Source: Octopus sinensis
Taxonomy: Eukaryota
Length of the DNA: 64,000 nucleotides
NCBI RefSeq assembly: GCF_006345805.1
Contig: NW_021836173.1
Location: 1-64,000 of the forward strand
Reading direction: 5' to 3'
Shown piece by piece: positions 1-15,000 of the stretch. The notes under the pieces were generated by a model that worked only from the letters and a program-made list of their open reading frames with translations, was not told the origin of the DNA and ran no database searches. A program made the position numbers and the translations under genes. Each line of letters starts with the position of its first letter. Positions within the stretch are counted from its first letter, which is position 1.

Positions 1-3000
1 TTGTTTTTCAAGTACACATATGCAATATTTTGACATTTTCTAACTTGAAAACTTTTGCGAATTTAGTGATTTCGTTGATAAATATCAGCTTATTATCAAT
101 CAGTTCACTTATATTTAGATAGATCACTAAAATTTTTTGTTTTTTTCAAGTACACATATGCATATTTTGACATTTTCTGACCTGAAAACTTGTGCGATTT
201 CAGTTATCTTTCTGGATAATATAAAGCTTTTTATCAATCAGTTAACTTATATTTAGCCAAGAGATCACTAAATTTTTTGTTGTTTTTCAAGACACATATG
301 CAATATCTTGACATTTTCTAACCTGAAAACTTTTGCGAATTTGTGATTTCTTTGAAACTATAAGCTTATTATCAATCATTTAACTTATATTTAGCTAAGA
401 GATCACTAAATTTTGTTGATTTTCAACTACACTTATGCAATATTTTGACATTTTTAACCGAAAAAATTTTTTGAATAAGTGATTTCTTTGATAAATATAA
501 GCTTATTATCAATCATTTACTATACTTAGGCTAAAAAGATCACTAACTTTTTTGTTGTTCTTCAAGTACACATATGCAATATTTTGACATTTTCTAACCT
601 GAAACCTTTTTTGAATTAAGTGATTCCTCTGATAAATATAAGCTTCTTATCAATCATTTAACTTATATTTAGCTAAGAGATCACTAACTTTTTTGTTGTT
701 TTTCAAGTACACATGTTTTGACATTTTCTAACCTGAAAAATTTGCGAATTTCTTGATTTCTTTCATAAATATAAGCTTATTATCAATCATTTAACTTATA
801 TTTAGCTAAGAGATCACTAAATTTTTTGTTGTTTTTCAAATACACATCTGCAATATTTTGACATTTTCTAAATTGAAAACTTTTGCGAATTTAGTGATTT
901 CTTTGATAAATATGACCTTATTATCAATCAGATAAGTTATATTTAGCTAAGAGATCACTAAATTTTTTGTTGTTTTTCAAGTACACATATGCAATATTTT
1001 GACATTTTCTAAATTGAAAACTTTTGCGAATTTAATGATTTCTTTAATATTTAGCTAAGAGATCACTAAATTTTTTGTTTCTTTTCATGTACACGTATGC
1101 AATATTTTGACATTTTTTAACCTGAAAACTTTTGCGATGTTAGTGATTTCTTGATGGCTAAAAAGGTTTATCATCAGTTAACTTATATTTAGCTAGATCA
1201 CTAATTTTTTTTGTTTTTCAAGTACATTTGCAATTATTGACATTTTGTAACCTGAAAACTTTTGAGATTTAAGATCTCTTGGAGAAATACAAGCTTTTTA
1301 TCAATCAGCAACTATATTTATATTTATTTTAGTGATCTTTGATAAATATAGCTTATTATCAATCAATTAACTTATATTTAGCTTAGAGATCACTAAATTT
1401 TTTGTTGTTTTTCAAGTACACATCTGCAATATTTTGACATTTTCTAACCTGAAAATTTTGCGAATTTAGTGATTTCTTTGATAAATATAAGCTTTTTATC
1501 AATCAGATAACTTCTATTTAGCTAAGAGATCACTAAATTTTTTGTTGTTTTTCAAGTACACATACGCAACATTTTGATATTTTATAACCTGAAAACTTGT
1601 GCGATTTTAGTGATCTCTTGGATAAATATGAGCGTTTTATCAATCAGATAACTTATATTTAGCTACAGATAAGTAAATTTTTTGTTGATTTTTAAGTACA
1701 CATATGCAATATTTTGACATTTCCTAACCTGAAAACTTTTGAGAAGTTAGTGATCTATTGGATAAATATAAGCTTATTATCAATCATTTAACTTATATTT
1801 AGCTAAGAGATCACGAAATTTTTTATTGTTTTTCAAGTAAACATGCAATATTTTGACATTTTCTAAATTGAAAACGTTTGCGAATTTAGTGATTTCTTTG
1901 ATAAATATAAGCTTATTATCAATCAGTTAACTTATATTTAGCTAAGAGATCACTAAATTTTTTGTTGTTTTTCAAGTACACATCTGCAATATTTTGACAT
2001 ATTCTAACCTGAAAACTTTTGCGAATTTAGTGATTTCTTTGATAAATATAAGCTTTTTATCAATCAGATAACTTATATTTAGCTAAGAGATCTCTAAATT
2101 CTTTGTTGTTTTTGAAGTACACATATGCAATATTTTGACATTTTTAGACCTGAAAACTTTTGCGATGTTAGTGATTCCTTTGATTGCTAAAAGCTTTGTT
2201 TACAATCAGTTACTATGTTTTAGTAGATCATAATATTTTTTTTGTTTTTCAGTACCCTTTGCAATATTTTGACATTTTCTACACCTGAAAACTTGTGCGA
2301 TTTTAGTGATCTTTGGATAAATATAAGCTTTTTATTAATCAGTTAACTAATATTTAGCTAAGAGATCACTAAATTTTTTGTTGTTTTTCAAGTACACATA
2401 TGCAATATTTTGACATTTTGTAACCTGAAAACGTTCGAGAATATAATGATCTCTTGGAGAAATATAAGCTTTTTATCAATCAGTTAACTTATATTTCGCT
2501 AAGAGATCACTAAATTTTTTGTTGATTTTCAAGTACACATATGCAATATTTTGACATTATCTAAATTGAAAAATTTTGCGAATTTAGTGATTTCTTTGAT
2601 AAATATAAGCTTATTATCAATCAGTTAACTTATATTTAGCTAAGAGATCACTAAATTTTTTGTTGTTTTTCAAGTACACATCTGCAATATTTTGACATTT
2701 TCTAACATGAAAAGTTTTGCGAATTTTGTGATTTCTTTGATAAATATAAGCTTATTATCAATCAGATCACTTCTATTTAGCTAAGAGATCACTAAATTTT
2801 TTGTTGTGTTTCAAGTACACATATGCAACATTTTGACATTTTCTAACCTGAAAACTTTTGCGAATTTAATGATTTCTTTGATAAATATAAGCTTATTATC
2901 AATCATGTAACTTATATTTAGCTAAGAGATCACTAAATTTTTTTTCGTTTTTTAAGTACACATATGCAATATTTTGACATTTTCTAACCTGAAAACTTTT

Positions 3001-6000
3001 GCGATGTTAGTGATTTCTTTGATTGCTAAAAGGCTTGTTATCAATCAGTTAACTTATATTTAGCTAGATCACTAAATTTTTTTTTGTTTTTCAAGTACAC
3101 ATATGCAATATTTTGACATTTTGTAACCTGAAAACTTTTGAGAATTTAATGATCTCTTGGAGAAATACAAGCTTTTTATCAATCAGTTAACTTATATTTA
3201 TATTTTTTTTAGTGATTTCTTTGATAAATATATGCTTATTATCAATCAATTAACTTATATTTAGCTAAGAGATCACAAAAGTTTTTTTTGTTTTTTAAGT
3301 AAACATCTGCAATATTTTGACATTTTCTAACCAAAAAACGTTAGCGAATTTTTTTGATTTCTTTGATAATATTAGCTTATTATCAATCAGATCACTTCTA
3401 TTTAGCTAAGAGATCACTAAATTTTTTGTTGTGTTTCAAGTCACATATGCAACATTTTGACATTTTCTAACCTGAAAACTTTTGCGAATTTATGATTTCT
3501 TTGATAAATATAAGCTTATTATCAATCATGTAACTTATATTTAGCTAAGAGATCACTAAATTTTTTTCGTTTTTTAAGTACCATATGCAATATTTTGACA
3601 TTTTCTAACCTGAAAACTTTTGCGATGTTAGTGATTTCTTTTGATTGCTAAAAGCTTGTTATCATCAGTTAACTTATATTTAGCTAGAATCACTAAATTT
3701 TTTTTTGTTTTTCAATACACATATGCATATTTTGACATTTTGTAACCTGAAAACTTTTGAGAATTTAATGATCTCTTGGAGAATACAAGCTTTTTAATCA
3801 ATCAGTTAACCTTATATTTAATTTTTTTTTAGTGATTTCTTTGATAAATATAGCTTATTATCAATCAATTAACTTATATTTAGCTAAGAGTCACAAAGTT
3901 TTTTTTGTTTTTAAGTAAACATCTGCAATATTTTGACATTTTCTTTCTAAAAAAAACTTTTGCGAATTTTTTGATTTCTTTGATAATATTAGCTTATTAT
4001 CAATCATCACTTCTATTTAGCTAAGAGATCACTAAATTTTTTGTTGTTTTTCAAGTACACATACGCCACATTTTGACATTTTATAACCTGAAAGCTTTTG
4101 CGATTTTAGTGATTTCTTGGATAAATATAAGCTTTTTATCAATCAGATAACTTATATTTAGCAAAGAGATTACTAAATTTTTTGTTGATTTTTAAGTACA
4201 CATATGCAATATTTTGACATTTCCTAACCTAAAAACTTTTGAGAATTTAGTGATCAGTTGGATAAATATAAGCTTATTATCAATCATTTAACTTATATTT
4301 AGCTAAGAGATCACTAAATTTTTTGTTGTTTTTCAAGTACACATATGCAATATTTTGACATTTTCTAAATTGAAAACGTTTGCGAATTTAGTGATTTCTT
4401 TGATAAATATAAGCTTGTTATCAATCATTTAACTTATATTTAGCTAAGAGATTACTAAATTTTTTGTTGATTTTTAAGTACACATATGCAATATTTTGAC
4501 ATTTTCTAACCTGAAAACTTTTGCGAATTTAGTGATATCTTTGATAAATATAAGCTTATTATCAATCAGATTACTTATATTTAGCTAAGAGATCACTAAA
4601 TTTTTTGTTGTTTTTCAAGGACACATATGCAATATTTTGAAATTTTCTAACCTGAAAACTATTGCAATTTTAGTGATCTCTTGGATAAATATAAGCTTTT
4701 TATCAGTCAGTTACCTTATATTTAGCTGAGAGATCCCTAAATTTTTTGTTGTTTTTCAAGTACACATATGCAACATTTTGACATTTAATAACCTGAAAAC
4801 TTTTCCCATTTTAGTGATCTCTTGGATAAATATAAGCTTTTTATCAATCAGTTAACTTATATTTAGCTCTAAATTTTTTGTTGTTTTTCAAGTACACATA
4901 TGCAATATTTTGACATTTTCTAACCCGAAAACTTTTGCGAACTTAGTGATTTCTTTCATAAATATAAGCTTATTATCAATCATTTAACTTATATTTAGCT
5001 AAGAGATCACTAAATTTTTTGTTGTTTTTCAAGTACACATATGCAATATTTTGACATTTTCTAAACTGAAAACTTTTGCGAATTTAATGATTTCTTTGAA
5101 AAATATAAGCTTATTATCAATCATTTAACATATATTTAGCTAAGAGATCACTAAATTTTTTGTTGTTTTTCAAGTACACATATGCAATATTTTGACATTT
5201 TCTAACCTGAAAACTTTTGCGAATTTCGTGATTTCCTTGATAAATATAAGCTTATTATCAATCATTTAACTTATATTTAGTTAAGTGATCATATTTTGAC
5301 ATTTTCTAACCTGAAAACTTTTTTGAATTCAGTGATTTCTTTGATAAATATAAGCTTATTATCAATCAGTTACATATATTTAGCTAAGAGATCACTAAAT
5401 TTTTTGTTGTTTTTCAAGTACACATATGCAATATTTTGACAATTTCTAACCTGAAAACTTTTTTGAATTTAGTGATTCCTTTGATAAATATAAGCTTATT
5501 ATCAATCAGATAACTTATATTTAGCTAAGAGAACACTAAATTTTTTGTTGTTTTTCAAGTACACATATAAAATATTTTGACATTTTCTAAATTGAAAACT
5601 TTTGCGAATTTAGTGATTTCTTTAATAAATATAAGCTTATTATCAATCAGTTAACTTATATGTAGCTAAGAGATCACTAAATTTTTTGTTGTTTTTCAAG
5701 TACACTTATGCAATATTTTGACATTTTCTAAATTGAAAACTTTTGCGAATTTAGTGATTTCTTTGATAAATATAAGCTTATTATCAATCAGATAACTTAT
5801 ATTTAGCTAAGAGATTACTAAATTTTTTGTTGTTTTTCAAGTACACATATGCAATATTTTGACATTTTCTAACCTGAAAAATTTGCGAATTTAGTTATTT
5901 CTTTGATAAATATAAGCCTATTATCAATCATTTAACTTATATTTAGCAAAGAGATCACTAAATTTTTTGTTGTTTTTCAAGTACACATATGCAATATTTT

Positions 6001-9000
6001 GACATTTTCTAAATTGAAAACGTTTTTGAATTTAGTAATTTCCTTGATAAATATAAGCTTATTATCAATCAGATAACTTATATTTAGCTAAGAGATCACT
6101 AAATTTTTTGTCGTTTTGCAAGTACACGTATACAATATTTTGACATTTTCTAACCTGAAAACTTTTGCGATGTTAGTGATTTCTTTGATTGATAAAAAGC
6201 TTATTATCAATCAGTTAACTTATATTTAGCTAGATCACTAAATTTTTTGTTGTTTTTCAAGTACACATATGCAATATTTTTACATTTTATAACCTGAAAA
6301 CTTGTGCGATTTTAGTGATCTCTTGGATAACAATAAGCTTTTTATTAATCAGTTAACTTATATTTAGCTAAGAGATCACTAAATTTTTTGTTGTTTTTCA
6401 AGTACACATATGCAATATTTTGACATTTTCTAACCTGAAAACTTTTGCGAATCTAGTGATTTCTTTGATAAATATAAGCTTATTATCAATCAGATAACTT
6501 ATATTTAGCTAAGAGATCACTAAATTTTTTATTGTTTTTCAAGTACACATATGCAATATTTTGACATTTGTAACCTGAAAACTTTTTCGAATTTAGTGAT
6601 TTCTTTGATAAATATAAGCTATTATCAATCATTTAACTTATATTTAGCTAAGAGATCACTAAAGTTTTTGTTGTTTTTTTTCAAGTACACATATGCAATA
6701 TTTTGACATTTTCTACCTTGAAACTTTTTGAATTTAGTGATTTCTTTGATAAATATAAGCTTATTATCAATCAGTTAACTTATATTTAGCTAAGAGATCA
6801 CTAAATTTTTTGTTGTTTTTCAAGTACACATCTGCAATATTTTGACATTTTCTAACCTGAAAAGTTTTGCGAATTTTGTGATTTCTTTGATAAATATAAG
6901 CTTATTATCAATCAGATCACTTCTATTTAGCTAAGAGATCACTAAATTTTTTGTTGTTTTTCGAGTACACATCTGCAATATTTTGTCATTTTCTAACCTG
7001 AAAACTTTTGCGATTTTAGTGATCTCTTGGATAAATATAAGCTTTTAATCAATCAGTTAACGTATATTTAGCTAAGAGATCACTAAATTTTTTGTTGTTT
7101 TTCAAGTACACATATGCAATATTTTGACATTTTCTAACCTGAAAACTTTTTTGAATTTAGTGATTCCTTTGATAAATATAAGCTTATTATCAATCATTTA
7201 ACTTTTATTTAGCTAACAGATCTCTAAATCTTTTGTTGTTTTTCAACTACACATCTGCAATATTTTGTCATTTTCTAACCTGAAAACTTTTGCGAATTTC
7301 TTGATTTCTTTGATAAATATAAGCTTATTATCAATCAGTTAACTTATATTTAGCTAAGAGATCACTAAAACTTTTGTTGTTTTTCAAGTACACATCTGCA
7401 ATATTTTTACATTTTCCAACCTGAAAACTTTTTTGAATTTAGTGATTCCGTTTATAAATATAAGCTTATTATCAATCATTTAACTTATATTTAGCTAAGA
7501 ATCACTAAATTTTTTGTTGTTTTTCAAGTACACATATGCAATATTTTGACATTTTCTAAATTGAAAACTTTTGCTAATTTAGTGATTTCTTTAATAAATA
7601 TATGCTTATTATCAATCCGATAACTTATATTTAGCTAAGAGTTCACTAATTTTTTTGTCGTTTTTCAAGTACACACATGCAATATTTTGACATTCTCTAA
7701 ATTGAAAACTTTTGCGAATTTAGTGATTTCTTTGATAAATATAAGGTTATTATCAATCAGACAACTTATATTTAGCTAAGAGATCACTAAATTTTTTGTG
7801 GTTTTTCAAGTACACATATGCAATATTTTTGACATTTTCTAAATTGAGAACTTTTGCGAATTTAGTGATTTCTTTGATAAATATAGGCTTATTATCAATC
7901 AGATAACTTATATTTAGCTAAGTGATCACTAAATTTTTTGTTGTTTTTCAAGGACATATGCAATATTTTGACATTTTCTAAATTGAAAACTTTTGCGAAT
8001 TTAGTGATTTCTTTAATAAATATAAGCTTATTATCAATCAGATAACTTATATTTAGCTAAGAGATCACTAAATTTTTTGTTGTTTTTCAAGTACACATAT
8101 GCAATATTTTGACATTTTCTAAATTGAAAACTTTTGGGAATTTAGTGATTTCTTTGATAAATATAAGCTTATTATCAATCAGATAACTTATATTTAGCTA
8201 AGAGATCACTAAATTTTTTGTTGTTTTTCAAGTACACATAGGCAATACTTTGAAATTTTCTAAATTGAAAACGTTTGCGAATTTAGTGATTTCTTTGATA
8301 AATATAAGCTTATTATGAATCAGTTAACTTATATTTAGCTAAGAGATCACTATATTTCTGCTTGTTTTTCAAGTACTCAAATGCGATATTTTTACATTTT
8401 ATAACCTGAAAACTTTTGAGATTTTAGTGATCTCTTGGATAAATATAAGCTTATTATCAATCATTTAACTTATATTTAGCAAAGAGATCACTAAATTTTT
8501 TGTTGTTTTTCAAGTACATATATGCAACAATTTCACATTTTCTAACCTGAAAACTTTTGCGAATTTAATGATTTCTTTGATAAATATGAGCTTATTATCA
8601 ATCATTTAACTTATATTTAGCTAAGAGATCACTAAATTTTTTGTTGTTTTTCAAGTACACGTATGGAATATTTTGACATTTTGTAACCTGAAAACTTTTG
8701 CAATATTAGTGATCTCTTGGATAAATATAAGCTTTTTATCAATCAGTTAACTTATATTGAGCTAAGAGATCACTAAATTTTTTGTTGTTTTTCAAGTACA
8801 CGTATGCAATATTTTGACATTTTCTAAATTGTAAACGTTTGCGAATTTAGTGATTTCTTGGATAAATATAAGTTTATTATCAATCAGTTAACTTATATTT
8901 AGCTAAGAGATCACTAAATTTTTTGTTATTTTTCAAGTACACATCTGCAATATTTTGACATTTTCTAACCTGAAAACTTTTGCAAATTTAGTGATTTCTT

Positions 9001-12000
9001 TGATAAATATAAGCTTATTATCAATCAGTTAACTAATATTTAGCTAAGAGATCAATAAATTTTTGTTGTTTTTCAAGTACACATCTGAAATAATTTGACA
9101 TTTTCTAACCTGAAAAGTTGTGCGAATTTAGTGCTTTCTTTGATAAATATAAGCTTATTATCAATCAGTTAACTTATATTTAGCTAAGAGATCACTAAAT
9201 TTTTTGTTGTTTTTCAAGTACAAATATGCAATATTTTGACATTTTCTAACCTGAAAACTTTTTTGAATTTAGTGATTCCTTTGATAAATATAAGCTTATT
9301 ATCAATCATTTAACTTATATTTAGCTAAGAGATCACTAAATTTTTTGTTGTTTTTCAAGTACACGTATGCAATATTTTGACATTTTCTAACCTGAAAACT
9401 TTTGCGATGTTAGTGATTTCTTTCATTGATAAAAAGCTTATTATCACTCAGATAACTTATATTTAGCTAAGATATCACTAAATTTTTTGTTGTTTTTCAA
9501 GTACACATATGCAATAATTTGAGATTTTGTAACCTGAAAACTTTTGCGATATTAGTGATCTCTTGGATAAATATAAGCTTTTTATCAATCAGTTAACATA
9601 TATTGAGCAAAGAGATCACTAAATTTTTTGTTGTTTTTCAAGTACACATATGCAATATTTTGACATTTTCTAAATTGTAAACGTTGGCGAATTTAGTGAT
9701 TTCTTGGATAAATATAAGCTTATTATCAATCAGTTAACTTATATTTAGCTAAGAGATCACTAAATTTTTTGTTATTTTTCAAGTACACATCTGCAATATT
9801 TTGACATTTTCTAACCTGAAAACTTTTGCGAATTTAGTGATTTCTTTGATAAATATAAGCTTATTATCAATCAGTTAACTTATATTTAGCTAAGAGATCA
9901 CTAAATTTTTTGTTGTTTTTGAAGTACACATCTGCAATATTTTGACATTTTCTAACCTGAAAACTTTTTGGAATTTAGTGATTCCTTTGATAAATATAAG
10001 CTTATTATCAATCATTTAACTTATATTTAGCTAAGAGATCACTAAATTTTTTGTTGTTTTTCAAGTACACATATGCAATATTTTGACATTTTCTAAATTG
10101 AAAACTTTAGCGAATTTAGTGATTTCTTTAATAAATATAAGCTTTTTATCAATCAGATAACTTATATTTAGCTAAGAGATCACTAAATTTTTTGTTGTTT
10201 TTCAAGTACCACATATGCAAATATTTGACTTTTCTAAATTGAAAACGTTTGCGAATTTAGTGATTTCTTTGATAAATATAAGCTTATTATCAATAAGTTA
10301 ACTTATATTTAGCTAAGAGATCACTAAATTTTGTTTGTTGTTTTTCAAGTACACACATATGCAATATTTTGACATTTTCTAACCTGAAAACTTTGTGCGA
10401 ATTTAGTGATTTCTTTGATAAATATAAGCTTATTATCATCAGATAACTTATATTTAGCTAAGAGATCACTAAATTTTTTGTTGTTTTTCAAGTACACATA
10501 TGCAATATTATGACATTTTCTAAATTGAAAACTTTTGCGAATTTAGTGATTTCTTTGATAAATATAAGCTTATTATCAATCATTTAACTTATATCTAGCT
10601 AAGAGATCACTAAATTTTTGTTGTTTTTCAAGTACACATATGCAATATTTTGACATTTTCTAAATTGAAAACGTTTGCGAATTTAGTGATTTCTTTGATA
10701 AATATAAGCTTATTATGAATCAGTTAACTTATATTTAGCTAAGAGATCACTATAGTTCTGGTTGTTTTTCAAGTACACAAATGCAATATTTTGACATTTC
10801 TAAATTGAAAACGTTGCGAATTTAGTGATTTCTTTGATAAATATAAGCTTATTATGAATCAGTTAACTTATATTTAGCTAAGAGATCACTATATTTCTGG
10901 TTGTTTTTCAAGTACACAAATGCAATATTTTCACATTTTCTAACCTGAAAACTTTTGAGATTTTAGTGATCTCTAGGATAAATATAAGCTTATTATGAAT
11001 CAGTTAACTTATATTTAGCTAAGAGATCACTAAATTTTTTGTCGTTTTTCAAGTACACGTATGCAATATTTTGACATTTTCTAAATTGAAAACTTTTGGG
11101 AATTTAGTGATTTCTTTGATAAATATAAGCTTATTATCAATCAGATAACTTATATTTAGCTAAGAGATCACTAAATTTTTTGTTGTTTTTCAAGTACACA
11201 TATGCAATATTTTGAGATTTTCTAAATTGAAAACTTTTGCGAATTTAGTTATTTCTTTGATAAATATAAGCTTATTATCAATCATTTAACTTATATCTAG
11301 CTAAGAGATCACTAAATTTTTTGTTGTTTTTCAAGTACACATATGCAATATTTTGAAATTTTCTAAATTGAAAACGTTTGCGAATTTAGTGATTTCTTTG
11401 ATAAATATAAGCTTATTATGAATCAGTTAACTTATATTTAGCTAAGAGATCACTAAATTTTTTGTTATTTTTCAAGTACAGATCTGCAATATTCTGACAT
11501 TTTCTAACCAGAAAAATTTTGCGAATTTAGTGATTTCTTTGATAAATATAAGCTTATTATCAATCAGTTAACTTATATTTAGCTAAGAGATCAATTAATC
11601 TTTTGTTGTTTTTCAAGTACACATCTGAAATAATTTGACATTTTCTAACCTGAAAAGTTATGCGAATTTAGTGCTTTCTTTGATAAATATAAGCTAACTT
11701 ATATTTAGCTCAGTTAACTTATATTTAGCTCAGAGATCACTAAATCTTTTGTTGTTTTTCAAGTACACATATGCAATATTTTGATATTTTCTAACCTGAA
11801 AACTTTTTTGAATTTAGTGATTCCTTTGATAAATATAAGCTTATTATCAATCATTTAACTTATATTTAGCTAAGAGATCTCTAAATTTGTTGTTGTTTTT
11901 CAAGTACACATCTGCGATAATTTGTTATTTTCTAACCTGAAAACCTTTGCGAATTTCTTGATTTCTTTGATAAATATAAGCTTATTATCAATCATTTAAC

Positions 12001-15000
12001 TTAGATTTAGCTTAGAGATCACTAAATTTTTTGTTGTTTTTCGAGTACACATATGCAATATTTTGACATTTTCTAAATTGAAAACTTTAGCGAATTTAGT
12101 GAATTCTTTAATAAATATAAGCTTTTTATCAATCAGATAACTTATATTTAGCTAAGAGATCACTAAATTTTTTGTTGTTTTTCAAGTACACATATGCAAT
12201 ATTTTGACATTTTCTAAATTGAAAACGTTTGCGAATTTAGTGATTTCTTTGATAAATATAAGCTTATTATCAATAAGTTAACTTATATTTAGCTAAGAGA
12301 TCACTAATTTTTTGTTGTTTTCAAGTACACATATGCAATATTTTGACATTTTCTAACCTGAAAACTTTTGCGAATTTAGTGATTTCTTTGATAAAATATA
12401 AGCTTATTATCAATCAGATAATATATTTAGCTAAGAGATCACTAAATTTTTGTTGTTTTTCAAGTACACTTATGCAATATTATGACATTTCCTAATTTGA
12501 AAACTTTTGCGAATTTAGTGATTTCTTTGATAAATATAAGCTTATTATCAATCAGTTAACTTATATTTAGCTAAGAGATCACTATATTTCTGGTTGTTTT
12601 TCAAGTACACAAATGCAATATTTTCACATTTTCTAACCTGAAAACTTTTGAGATTTTAGTGATATCTAGGATAAATATAAGCTTATTATGAATCAGTTAA
12701 CTTATATTTAGCTAATTGATCACTAAATTTTTTGTCGTTTCTCAAGTACACGTATGCAATATTTTGACATTTTCTAACCTGAAAACTTTTGCGATGTTAG
12801 TGATTTCTTTGATTGAGAAAAAGCTTATTATCAATCAGTTAACTTATATTTAGCTAGATCATTAAATTTTTTGTTGATTTTCAAGTACACATATGCTATA
12901 TTTTGACATTTTATAATCTGAAAACTTGTGCGATTTTAGTGATCTCTTGGATTAATATAAGCTTTTTATTAATCAGTTAACTTATATTTAGCTAAGAGAT
13001 CACTAAATTGTTTGTTGTTTTCAAGTATACATATGCAATATTTTGACATTTTGTAACCTGAAAACTTTTGCGATTTTAGTGATCTCTTGGATTAATATAA
13101 GCTTATTATCAATCAGTTAACTTATATTTAGCTAAGAGATCACTAAATTTTTTGTTATTTTTCAAGTACACATCTGCAATATTTTGACATTTTCTAACCT
13201 GAAAAATTTTGCGAATTTAGTGATTTCTTTGATAAATATAAGCTTATTATCAATCAGTTAACTTACATTTAGCTAAGAGATCAATAAATCTTTTGTTGTT
13301 TTTCAAGTACACATCTGAAATAATTTGACATTTTCTAACCTGAAAAGTTATGCGAATTTAGTGCATTCTTTGATAAATATAAGCTTATTATCAATCAGTT
13401 AACTTATATTTAGCTCAGAGATCACTAAATTTTTTGTTGTTTTTCAAGTACACATATGCAATATTTTGATATTTTCTAACCTGAAAACTTTTTTGAATTT
13501 AGTGATTCCTTTGATAAATATAAGCTTATTATCAATCATTTAACTTATATTTAGCTAAGAGATCTCTAAATTTGTTGTTGTTTTTCAAGTACACATCTGC
13601 GATAATTTGTTATTTTCTAACCTGAAAACCTTTGCGAATTTCTTGATTTCTTTGATAAATATAAGCTTATTATCAATCATTTAACTTATATTTAGCTAGA
13701 GATCACTAAATTTTTGTTGTTTTTCGAGTACACATATGCAATATTTTGACATTTTCTAAATTGAAAACTTTAGCGAATTTAGTGAATTCTTTAATAAATA
13801 TAAGCTTTTTATCAATCAGATAACTTATATTTAGCTAAGAGATCACTAAATTTTTTGTTGTTTTTCAAGTACACATATGCAATATTTTGACATTTTCTAA
13901 ATTGAAAACGTTTGCGAATTTAGTGATTTCTTTGATAAATATAAGCTTATTATCAATAAGTTAACTTATATTTAGCTGAGAGATCACTAAATTTTTTGTT
14001 GTTTTTCAAGTACACATATGCAATATTTTGACATTTTCTAACCTGAAAACTTTTGCGAATTTAGTGATTTCTTTGATAAATATAAGCTTATTATCAATCA
14101 GATAACATATATTTAGCTAAGAGATCACTAAATTTTTTGTTGTTTTTCAAGTACACTTATGCAATATTATGACATTTCCTAATTTGAAAACTTTTGCGAA
14201 TTTAGTGATTTCTTTGATAAATATAAGCTTATTATCAATCAGTTAACTTATATTTAGCTAAGAGATCACTATATTTCTGGTTGTTTTTCAAGTACACAAA
14301 TGCAATATTTTCACATTTTCTAACCTGAAAACTTTTGAGATTTTAGTGATCTCTAGGATAAATATAAGCTTATTATGAATCAGTTAACTTATATTTAGCT
14401 AATTGATCACTAAATTTTTTGTCGTTTCTCAAGTACACGTATGCAATATTTTGACATTTTCTAACCTGAAAACTTTTGCGATGTTAGTGATTTCTTTGAT
14501 TGAGAAAAAGCTTATTATCAATCAGTTAACTTATATTTAGCTAGATCATTAAATTTTTTGTTGTTTTTCAAGTACACATATGCTATATTTTGACATTTTA
14601 TAATCTGAAAACTTGTGCGATTTTAGTGATCTCTTGGATTAATATAAGCTTTTTATTAATCAGTTAACTTATATTTAGCTAAGAGATCACTAAATTGTTT
14701 GTTGTTTTTCAAGTATACATATGCAATATTTTGACATTTTGTAACCTGAAAACTTTTGCGATTTTAGTGATCTCTTGGATTAATATAAGCTTATTATCAA
14801 TCAGTTAACTTATATTTAGCTAAGAGATCACTAAATTCTTTGTTATTTTCAAGTACACATCTGCAATATTTTGACATTTTCTAACCTGAAAAATTTTGCG
14901 AATTTAGTGATTTCTTTGATAAATATAAGCTTATTATCAATCAGTTAACTTATATTTAGCTAAGAGATCAAAATCTTTTGTTGTTTTTCAAGTACACATT

